A DNA stretch of 64,000 nt, taken from assembly GCA_016906335.1 (NCBI GenBank), contig JADEYG010000004.1:744001-808000 (forward strand). Reading direction: 5' to 3'. This document shows positions 27,126-37,394 of this stretch, piece by piece; position 1 is the first letter of the stretch, and each line of letters opens with the position of its first letter. Source of the DNA: Novakomyces olei. Lineage: Eukaryota. The position numbers were made by a program, and so were the translations under genes. A model generated the notes under the pieces. That model saw nothing but the letters and a program-made list of their open reading frames with translations, did no database searches and had not been told where the DNA came from.

Positions 27126-29763
27126 CTATTGCCCAGAATGCGCAATCTCAAGGTCTTTGAGTCTGTAGATTTCCCGAGACTAGACGCCAGTTAGTCAAAT
27201 ATAATTATCTCGTAATGGAATAACAAACAAAAATTAATAAAATTGAAAGATAAAATTAAATTATTAAAAAAAATGGAAATAAAGAAAAGAAAAAATAGAA
27301 AAGTGAAAATAGAAAAGAAAACACCAGCACAGTACAAGAGCATCAATAAAAATCGATAAACGGGCAACACATACCTTTTCAGCCAACTTTTCAAGCAGGT
27401 CTTGGGTTCGAGCCTCTAATGCTTCATGCTGGTGCTTTTTAAACGCCGGGTCGAGTGCACGCAGTTGAGAAAGCGTACTCTGCAATTGCCTATATGTTAG
27501 AAGGGCCAATTTCCGTGACAGAATAGCCGTACCCCATGTAAATTTCATGCTGTGCTCTTGCTCTGTCTGTCAGTTCCTGAATACTTTCTTGTGCTGGCTC
27601 AGATGGCCGAATAGATGTATCAAAAGACAGGGAACAGGAAGACAAAGTCGACGATGTATCCGACTCGTCAACATCGTTTTCAATTTGAGTCCTTGTTTGC
27701 TTAATCGTGGGTGCAGTTTTAATACCGAGCATGTCTTCAACAGTAAGCTTAGAATTCGGTTTAGACCGTGCGTGCCGATTATTTAGATTGGTATTCCTTT
27801 TCCCCTTGGACTCTTTTTGCGTTTGAAAGCTGCTGCGTAGTGGAATCGTCCATCTGTGCCGAGGATGATTCAGCAGTGAATCGTCAGTCTCATTGACGAC
27901 TGATTCCTCTTCGCTTTCTACATCAGCTCTGGTCGGCAAATCCCAATGGCGAGGAAGAAACACGCCAGCAAGTTTCGACCTGGATGGGTCTTTTGGCTGA
28001 AGGTCCGGCTCTGTGTTCTGCTTTTGAGAGTATACGTGCCTCAAAGCTGCTTTGTCTGCAACATATGCTTTATTTTTTAGAGCAAGTACACGTAACTGCC
28101 TCTTCAAATCAAGTACTTGCTCCTGTAAAGCGCGTACAGAATTTGATTCCGTTTCTTCCTCGCTCGAGACATCAAGAGCCTCGAAGGACGCGTTGGGCGT
28201 CTCAATCTCGCTCATACCCGAGTCAGACTGAATAGAGTTGTCGAATTTCTTTTGGCGGCGCTTGTCGTTTGCAGAGGCACTTTTAGTCTTGACAGAGTGA
28301 TGCTGCGGATTGGGTCTGGACCCTTTTACATTCAGCTTTGATGCGTTTTTGTGTTCCAATTGCTGTCGGATAGACTCTTCCTGTTTTTGTGATATCTCCA
28401 ATAGTTGCCGTGTAGATTCCAACGCTTTACGCGTGCCTTCCAATTGCTCACGGGTCCTTGACAGCTCTTGATTGGCAGTCTCCAATTGCTGCCGAGCGCT
28501 GTCGTTACTGCCCATCGTTTCCAATTTGTCCTGGGCATCTTTCAACTGTCGACGAACCGTTTCCAGCTCAAGTGCAACGCTGCTCCTCTCAATAAAAGCC
28601 TGATCGCGTTCTTTGTATGCCTCCTGCCTTTCCCTGAGCACGCTTTCGTACTCTGACTGGAACTGGGAAATCTGCTGCTTCAATTCTTGTTCAGACTGCT
28701 GAGAGCGCAGCAAGTCTGACTCTAGACGCATATGCTGAATCGTCATTGGTCGGGATTTTAGCGCCTCCGCAGATTGACGACTGAGTTTATCCTGCAAATC
28801 ACGAAAACGCTGATTGCGCTCCTCTGCTTTCTCTTCGAGTTCTTGATTCTGACGAAGCAAATCACGGTTCTCTGCCTCCAGCTTCTCCAAGTGTAAACGC
28901 AACTCGTCGACTGCGTACAATTGCCTCCGTGAAGATGCAGCTTGAGGAGCGCCTTGCAGTGGAGCATGATAGTCTTTTGGCCTCTGTGGACGTGGCTCTG
29001 ACGCATCGGACTCCAATTCAACAAAACCTGGCAGTGTCCATCCAGAGACTTGTTCAGCATGCTTCGGTTTAGGCGACAATTTTTTCGGCGTTTTAGAAGG
29101 CAATGTTGTAGGCATAACATTGCCACGAGCAGTACTTGCAAGCGGGTTCCTTTGGAATCGACCAGAGGGACGTTTGACAAAAGGGCTCGTTTTATCAGGC
29201 GACTGGAAGTCTTGATCTAAAACGCGGCTCGGGGTGGATGTGTGCATTGGATTGAATGAGTAGTTTGTCTCATCAACGGGCGAAAGAGCTCGCTAGACTG
29301 TTAGATTTGTAATTTCAAGGGCACAGACAATGAAGCAACGGACGTGAAGGAGAAAGTAATTATAAACAATTGAAAACAAATCAAGAAAAACAATAAAAGT
29401 AAACAACCAGAATCACAATGGACAATAAATAAAAAGATTAATAAATAAATAAATAAATAAATAAATAATAAATAAATAAATAAATAAATAAGCAGCAGAT
29501 GTAAAAGAAGCAAATGAATCCTTGCTGGCAATTGCGAGCAAAGTGCAAGTGACTGAATTGCATACCCTGCCAAGGCCCATTTCGACCGGATCTGCATGGA
29601 TCTCGTTTACAGACTCCAAGCTGTTTACGAGATTACGTCTAGACGAAAAGTCGTACATTGCGTTCGGCGGGGACGCGCTCTTTGCGGCGCTCTGGCTAAA
29701 ATCGTTGAACTGTTTGCTTAAAGCCTCAGTGTCCGGAGAGCTCTCAAAGACACGGCCGACCAT
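27126..29763 (-). CDS. Spindle pole body coiled-coil protein, Ppc89/Cep57 family
   Basis: Long coiled coil. Spliced C-terminus TSIRPSEPAQESIQEL...QLRALDPAFKK...LLEKLAEK|SREIYRLKDL resembles the Cep57 microtubule-binding domain. First intron 29565-29293 contains (ATAA)n; two more introns lie near the 3' end. Confidence 0.75.
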
Positions 29764-29967
29764 ATTGCAAAGGGCAAAGAGCAAAGGGCAATTGCGTGTT
29801 GCGCGTGCCTCGAGCGTGTTTCCCTTTGTTTGTTTATACTACAGCCGGCGCGTTCTGATACACAAGTAATGATACAGGACATAAATTTAAGTAATACTGC
29901 ATCAGTATTACTTGATACTGTGCGATAATCTTATATATAAAGGAGCGATTTGTCGCGCAAGCTTTTT

Positions 29968-30153
29968 ATCCTTCCACACGTTTTAAAAAACGCGTGAATG
30001 ATGATTTCCAATGAGCCGTTTGTCGAATAGCATTTCCCTGCTCGCACTGTACTTTTGTACTTTGCGAGTGTGCGCTTGATATGCGTGAGATAGGCGTTCG
30101 GGCTTGCCTTTACCTTGTTACACGTTGTACGGACGCTTGAAAAAAATCTGACC
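29968..30153 (+). ncRNA. snR45: Box C/D snoRNA snR45/U13 (SNORD13), guide for 18S helix-45 cytidine acetylation
   Basis: 5' guide ATCCTTCC (29968-29975, antisense to 18S GGAAGGAU), box C ATGATGA (29998-30004), second guide ACCTTGTTAC (30112-30121, antisense to 18S GUAACAAGGU) inside stem AGGCGTTCG/CGGACGCTT, box D CTGA (30148-30151). TATA at 29932-29940. Confidence 0.9.
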
Positions 30154-30706
30154 TTTGACGCCACGCGCTGCACAATTTGAGCTGTTTCTTTTGCTGCTGC
30201 GCGTGAGTCACTTGCGTATATACTGTGGAAGGGTCTGGATTTGATTGCATAGTTTCCTCCTTTTGAATAGTCTATATGAACAGGTCAATTTTGTTTTCTT
30301 TAGCCCAAGGCAGAGTAATGTAGTTTGCACACTTGTGTAGAATTTGCATTGGCTTACTTAGGCTTGGCAGATATGAGCGTACATTGTTACGGGATTCGTA
30401 TACAATAAGTCTGTTACAGGTCGTTGCCCTCGACCGGCGACTCAGAAAACTATCATTAAAATAATTACTACCTTCTAACCAATTACATATTGTCACACAT
30501 TCCTCACCATCGCACTGTCATTTGTCGATATTCACAACGCTCGCTCCCCAAAGTCGCGGAAAGGTTTCAATAAACAAACGTTTAAATAAATAAAAGATTC
30601 CATTTATTTATATTAGGTCGATGATTGGTTGATTGATTCGCAATTAAATTGCAATTAAAACCGACTTGAATAATAATCTTGCACAGCATACGCACTATTT
30701 ATCCAA

Positions 30707-32837
30707 CTAGCCCCAACCTGTATACTGAGGCTGCGTCCGGGGTTGCTGGTAGGACTGCTGAGGAAACCCTGTTGTTTGTGGGAATACATTAATCGTCGCA
30801 AGGTTTTCCAGGCCGCCCATGGAAACGTTTGGCGGTGGCTGTGTAGCTACTGGGCCAAGAGTAGATCGACGAAAAGGATTTCCTCCTGTCGGCTGAGAAG
30901 AAACAGGCCCATGATTAATAGAACCTGTCTGAGATTGAAATTGTGGGAGAGATTGAGGTTGAGCAGGAACTGCCGGCGGAAGTGTATTGCTGCGTCTAGC
31001 AAACGGGTTTGTTCCTGTTCTTTGAAGCTGCACCCTATTTGCACTTGTTTCTTGTAGTTTTAAAGCAGCGGTAGGCTGTGAATGACCTTCAGGAATAGCT
31101 TGCTGTTGATGATTTGGTCGAAAAGGATTGCCTCCAGTGGGAGAAGCACCGATTGGTTGCGGAGATTGTGGCAGCATGCTCTTCCTGAAGGGATTAGCCC
31201 CCGTTGGCTGAGAAGGTACTTGATTATTCTGTAAGTAAGGTTGTTGCTGAGGAGGAGGAGGATAATTTGGCTGATTTATGCTGCCCGTAGCCTGAGAAAT
31301 TTGAGCCGGATTGTAGCCTGTTTGCTGTTGTTGCTGGGCTGTTTGCTGGTAGGGATATCCGGTAGACTGTTGTTGGCTTATATACCCAGTCGACTGAGGC
31401 TGCTGCTGGGTTATATACCCTGTGGATTGAGGCTGGTTTACGTATCCAGTATTTTGAGGCTGATAAGGGTTAAACGACTGCGGCCGCTGAGCCTGAGCCT
31501 GAGCCTGAGCCTGATAATAAGGATTAAATCCATAACCAGTTTGTGCACTTGTAGGTACTTGTGGAGCCACAGGGTACTGCGGATGTTGCTGAGAAACATT
31601 TTGAGGAATATTCTGCTGAGTCTGTGGCCCTCCAAAAGTAAGGACATTTTCATTTTCAAGGGTATCAAAAAAATTCATTAGAGCGGCATTTGTATCGTTT
31701 GCAGAATGCGCATTATCAGTATCACGACTTGTTCTCCGGCTCTCCTCTCCATCCGCACCGTGCTTGCCAGATCTTTCGCTCTTTAACGCCGATTCCCTAG
31801 GACCTGATTTGTTTGAAGGCACCGCAGAGGGAGCCTCCGCGAGAGAAGGCATAGACGGATGCTTTTCGTATTTTTTAGTAGCCAGATACTGCCTTCGGTT
31901 TGATTCAAAATCCGGAAAGGACAGATACTCCTCCATAGCATCAGCAAGACTAGTTGGCGCATGTCTAATATTGGGAACCGCTACACGTGTAAAAGATTCT
32001 AATGAGCGCGCAACAGAAAGGTACTTTACAACACCCTCTGTCTGAGCGACAAAAGTTTTGTAAATTTCTAGAGAGCGTTCAGCATCATATTTGCTCATTT
32101 CAAAGAAATGGTTAAGCACATTCATAACGCCTTCGTTTAGTGCCTGGAAAAGGGGAAGCAGATCGGATATAAGTAAGCGGAAGGCTGTCAGCGTAATTTC
32201 GTTGTCTATATCAGCCGGGCCAAATTCTGTACGTAGCAAATGCTGGATCAGACTTTCAACTCCTTCGACATGTCGTAAAAGGCCCTTGTCGACAGTCAGG
32301 GTGTTCATGACGTTTCGTTTGGGAGCAATTACATGATCAGTCTGCAATTCTCGGTAAACACGGACCCGTTCGTTCAAGTAGCCCGCATACGAATGGATAT
32401 TTTGGCCCTGAGTCGTTAGAGGAGTTATTCCCGGCGTAGCCAGCAGATTATTTGCCCGTGATCTTATGGCCAAGTACTGGAGAGTAGCGTCCTGTCGGCC
32501 TTCCCGGATCATTATGTGAATGACAATAAGTGCTTTGAAAACAATCTGGCAGATTAGAACTAAATATGCGTATGACAATATGTACTTACAGTCCAGGTAG
32601 CATCGTGAAGACGGGGCTGAAGGGCACGGATCACTTCGCCCACTGAAGATTCTCCTGAGTTTGTTGCGGAAAGAAGGTGCTCAATATACTTTGCCTTTGG
32701 TGCCGCCAACTGACGTCAGCTAGACTCTACGGTAGAAAACTCACTTTAACTTTTGTTGCCACTATAAATTAGCGAACCGTTGTTCAATTGCAAATTTGTG
32801 TCTTACATTTAGCCGACTTTTCTAGAGACGAGGACAT
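30707..32837 (-). CDS. YAP1801: ANTH-domain clathrin adaptor (AP180/Yap1801-Yap1802 family)
   Basis: Spliced N-terminus MSSSLEKSAKLATKVKLAAPKAKYIEHLL...WT|IVFKALIVIHIMIREG. Q/P-rich tail with several NPF motifs and QxTG repeats. Confidence 0.93.
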
Positions 32838-33087
32838 GAGGTCCACCATGCTGAAGCAAGGTCTCAATGAAGGAGCACGAGGTGCGGCCAAGCTTTTCTC
32901 TTGCGATCTCTGATTCAATCGTCTTTCTTAAACCTCCGTCACACCGCGCCAACCAAAATTTCTTGTGCTTGATCGATGCTGAGCAATGCTCAAGCTTCCG
33001 AAGGCAGGCTCTAGCTATTGTCGCCCCCAATTATACACATACCATTGGGCCTTATACGGTCCTTCGTATAGCATATGCCGCACGCTA

Positions 33088-33204
33088 TTAGGGTTATTAC
33101 TTACGCGAGGCAAAGGGTTAGGATTAGGGTTATATCATCTATCAGGAGATCTAATGTCTTAACCCTGATTATTTGGATATTCGTCTTCATAATTGTTAGG
33201 GTTT
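33088..33204. promoter_or_regulatory. Cluster of telomere-like AGGGTT/AACCCT motifs (Tbf1/Teb1-type) in a divergent promoter
   Basis: TTAGGGTTA at 33088 and 33124, AGGGTTAGG near 33115, TAACCCT at 33160, TTAGGGTT near 33197. Confidence 0.55.
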
Positions 33205-33398
33205 TCTGATAATAGTAGACGAGTGATTCGCTATACAACGGCAGCTATTCTATCAACTCGCAACGAGAATACGCCCGTATTTTCGTATATTATATTGTAT
33301 AGGCACAATCCAAGTAATAGCGTACAAATGCTCAGATCTAATTCGCGTACAAAAACTAGTCGGTATATCGGGCGAAAAATTGTCTTGATCTTACAAAA

Positions 33399-33626
33399 AT
33401 GTTTGGAGGACCGGCACCAGCACCTTCCAAGGAAGATTTGGCTCGTTATTCCAGCGTAGCGCGTGGAGAGCTCTCTCGTGGTCTCAAGATTACAGCAACG
33501 CTTTATTTGAGTGCGTACTGCTCTAAGTTTCGTTTATTTTTCTGCACGCTAGCTTATCTTGAACAATAATACTAACTAGAACCAGCGCCTATCGTTATTG
33601 CTCTGATCCGTCGGGCTCTACCTTGA
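33399..33626 (+). CDS. TOM5: Mitochondrial import receptor subunit Tom5
   Basis: MFGGPAPAPSKEDLARYSSVARGELSRGLKITATLYLTPIVIALIRRALP, with intron 33511-33585. MFG start and LYLxP anchor are typical. Not in the ORF track. Confidence 0.88.
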
Positions 33627-33912
33627 ACACGCGGTTTTACGGATATGAAAATCTGATTCGGTTCCGATGACATTTGATCGACGAGGGGAAATGATCGGCC
33701 TTGTCGTTTCGACTGTCGTTTCGGCTTTTTGTACTCTGGAACAGGCAATCTTTAGCAATAATCAAACATTATTATGAACTATTAAATTATTACATTAATA
33801 TATCATTATGTTATTGAATTATTACATTATTAAATTCTATCTTGCCAGTTTTTAAATACAATTGACTGGGATTATTTCGTTTCCTAAAATCCAGAGTCTA
33901 CCAAATTTCTAT

Positions 33913-35880
33913 TCAACTAGATCTCGATTCAAGCTCGTGGCTAAGCTCTTCCGCTTCGAGTAAATCTTCTTGTAGCATTTTTGTCACATAAGCAATGCTA
34001 GTTTGCTGCTCGCGTAAGACTTTGACAATTGTCTCGATTTGCTGCTCGTCCTGAGTCCATTCAAGGCCGTTTCCGGCCTGCTTATTTTGGTTTGCCGTTG
34101 TTACCGCGTTTAACTGGTCCCTAATGAGGGTCATGCGCGCCCAGATCTCATTGATCCGACCAAATACAGCTGGGTCATTTAGCCGCTTGGTGAGGGCTAA
34201 GAGCCTAGATTTTAGACGCTCTTCTTCTGGCCGCAGACTGTATCCACGGCTTTTTACAATTTGAACTTTGATCGCAAGATTTAGCGTCCGACGAGAAAGT
34301 TCGATATGCTTCACTTGTGCTTCCTGGGTCTTGACTGTCGTTGAAAGCTCATGAGCATTTGCTAGCTCAGACAACTTGCTTACAACCTCGTGCATTCGCA
34401 TCCGATATGTCTGTACTTGCTGCTTTTGCGAAAGTATTCGCTTTTGGATATCCTGAAACCCTACTGCAAGCACAGGAACCACTCTGTTTTGTTAGTATTG
34501 AGACTTTGCTACAAACTCGGAATTTCTATAATAAAATTGAATAAACCAAGAGCAGAAATTGAAATTACCCATTGTCAGGCCGGTTAGCTACAGCCTGATC
34601 CCATCTCGCTTGGTCATGATTTTGGGGCTTTTGATACAGAGGTGCCTGCTCTGGTGGCACGCGATTATAAAAGTAATGCTGAAATGCGCATTCTGGACTA
34701 TTGCGATCCCAAGAAGAACGGATCCGCTCAATGTTCTCTGCTACAGATGGCGGCTGCGCAGGACCTATATCATTAGTTCAGGAAATGGTTGAAAAGTGAT
34801 TAACTGAATAAAATACAATGCAAAAGCAGCTTGATTAAGGGGCTGTCTTAAAAAGTCCATTCAAGCACCTTCTCGTATAAGCTCTGAACGTAGAGATGCA
34901 GATAACAGTCAAGAGCCAAATAGGTACAAAACAATCTCCGAACAGTCCATAATATCAAACTGCTAAAATAGAAACGGCAATGTAAACAAATGTTCAAAGT
35001 TCAAAAGCACAAACATAAAATCAATGAGTACAACTACCGGCGTATAATAAAGATGTCTGGATGAAAACCCCTAGAAAATACTCTTACCATATTGCGCATT
35101 TGCGACCATTGCTGGGGGCTGTGAGGCGTTCAGTATGCTGCTCATTGGGGGCCCTAACAGCTGACTACTGGTAGCTGGCTGCTGAACGCCTCCAAACCCA
35201 TTCTGCTGCTGAAACTGCTGAGCAGTTTGTGGTTGTGTTCCGGACCCAAATACAGATCCTCCAAATGACCCTCCAAATGACTGGCTTCCAAGTAAGTTCT
35301 GCCCTCCAAATGACGGTTGTTGCTGCGGCTGTTGTGCTTGTTGTGTATTATTACCAAACAAACTGCCTCCTAAGGCAGATTGTGACTGCGGTTGTTGTTG
35401 CTTATTAGCAAAGAGCGAGCTACCAAATGCCGATTGTCCAAACGGCTGTTGTTGCTGTTGCTGTTGCTGTTGTCCAAACGGCTGTTGCCCAAATGGCTGC
35501 TGTCCGAAAGGCTGCTGTGCTTGTTGAGGCTGCTGAGGCTGTTGAGGCTGCTGAGGCTGCTGAGGCGATTGCTGGCCAAAAGCCCCAGACCCAAAAGTAA
35601 AAGGAGCAGTTGAAGATCTGGTGCCAGTTTGTGCAGTTGAAGGACTGGCACCAAACGAGAAACCGCTATTTTGCTGCTGTGCAGGCTGAGCCGATGGTCG
35701 TTGGCCTTTGTTTGTCTTGTTAATATCAAAGGCACATACAGAATTTGGGTAAAAGATGCATTAACAAAAAGCAAGATTCTTACCAAACAAAGTGTTTCCA
35801 CCTGAGGCTCCAGTGTTACTGGCTCCTAAACGATATTAGACTCTAGTCTCCAATGTTTCAATACCAAATGAAAAAGACAT
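33913..35880 (-). CDS. NUP57: Central-channel FG nucleoporin Nup57/Nup54/Nup44
   Basis: MSFSFG start, FG/Q repeats, WDRNSPECAFQHYFYNRV, VPVLAVGFQDIQKR, RGYSLRPEEERL, GRINEIWARM. Four introns. Confidence 0.92.
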
Positions 35881-36471
35881 GTTTCTAAAACGCCAATTAT
35901 TTAATCGCGAAAGCTGTGAATGGACAGAAAATAGCAAAAGCGAATAAGAGTAACGTCTGTCGAGGCTTCAGCCGTCACAATCTTCAAGTCCACGCCGCGA
36001 TCATTTTGTCGTGCTGTATTTATTGTTGTTTTTCTGCGTATATATATATTCGCCAGTCGTATAATACAGTACGATATGGTGAATAATAAATACACTTTAA
36101 ATACAATGTGCGTCTCGCCATTGCTATGCATTTCTCTTACTGGCAATATATTAGCGTACGAATTGTCGAGATCCATATTTAATATATGGGACCGCTATAC
36201 TCTTTCAAGTAGATACTCTTTCAAGTAGACAAATCTTATTCTTCGAATCTGATTGTTTTTCCATTTATCCTGTGTTCGATTCCGGTGGTGGTTTTATTTA
36301 CAGCAAGCGTCCGCAAATAAGATCCACGAAAAATAATAGCGGCAAATAAAGCACCTTCTCGCTTTGCACCCAGAGCCAGAGTACTCGAACGGTGTTTGAC
36401 GATTCGGCGGGACTAGTCGGAGAGGGTTAAAGAGCTCTTGGTTAGAATTTATAGTATAATATCGAGCAACT

Positions 36472-37322
36472 ATGTAAGAAGAGCAATCCGTTCCGTTCCT
36501 GAAATTGACCATCAAGGAGCCAGGGCTACCGGCAGGCCGCGTTCAAGACCTACAATTCGGTACAGCTGAGATCATCTTTTTCCTGGCTAACAGATAGACG
36601 GACAGCGCTCAATTGCCTCCGGAATTGCAGGTTGATGAGGTCGGATCGACTTCGGGTCCGCTACTGAGCGCTTCCTTTTTTATCGGGGCGCGATGCCAGC
36701 CTTACAACGAAGACTATATGCTGTGCAAGAGCGAAAAGGGCGTCAAGGGAACGGAAAAGTGTCTTACTGAAGGCCGTCGCGTCACCCGCTGTGCAGTCTC
36801 TGTGTAAGTAAAACAAGGCAGTTTTGTTGGCTTGTAAACAGCTTTAATAGCTCTCTTTTGAATAGTTAAATGCTTACAAATCTAGGCTCAATGATTTACA
36901 CGCGTACTGTGCGGAGGAGTTCAAGGCTCATTGGAAATGCCTTGAGCACAATAATCACGAGCTGAACGGGTGCCGTCCAGCCGAACGTGCTCTTAACAAA
37001 TGCGCTTTTTTTAATATGGTAACCTCACCTAGACTTTTTATTCGTTTTAAATATTTTTGTTACCTCCGCTTGCTAGAAGTATCAAAAGCTTAATAACGAA
37101 AACACCGTCTCTAACTCTATTCACTAGAAACTTGAAAAGAAAGTTCCTGGTCTTCAGCCGGGCGAGACGCCTGTTTGGCAGAAAAAGAAACCGATCTATA
37201 GACCCGACTATGAAACGACTGAAGGCGTTGCACTGGATCGGAAGTGGGCCAATAAGGAGATTCCGTCAAGTATGAATACTGCCACCTCTGCCGCTAGCAC
37301 TACTCATGCTACTGCTTCATAG
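36472..37322 (+). CDS. NDUFA8: Complex I accessory subunit NDUFA8 (20.8 kDa, CX9C)
   Basis: EVGSTSGPLLSASFFIGARCQPYNEDYMLCK...CLTEGRRVTRCA...CAEEFKAHWKCLEHNNHELNGCRPAE. Four introns; the first splits the ATG. Confidence 0.94.
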
Positions 37323-37394
37323 GCGTTAATTGCTAAATTAATAAAACCATATATATATTTTTAAAAAAAAATAAACAATCCCGAGTCCTTTGCT

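Noticed and set aside
29990-29995. ACGCGT as an MCB element for the Ppc89-like gene
   Set aside because: It lies inside the 5' hairpin of the snR45-like RNA, which explains it adequately.
33088-33132. Telomere remnant or telomerase RNA template (TAACCCTAA)
   Set aside because: The motifs are dispersed and in both orientations within a ~560-bp divergent promoter, leaving no room for a fungal TER.
34764-35086. Intronic snoRNAs in the long introns (NUP57, PYK1, COQ8, TFB3)
   Set aside because: No properly spaced box C/box D pair with an rRNA-complementary guide was found by eye. H/ACA RNAs cannot be excluded.
36274-36283. GTTCGATTCC resembling a tRNA T-loop/B-box
   Set aside because: The T-stem does not pair and there is no cloverleaf or A-box upstream. 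At most an isolated B-box.
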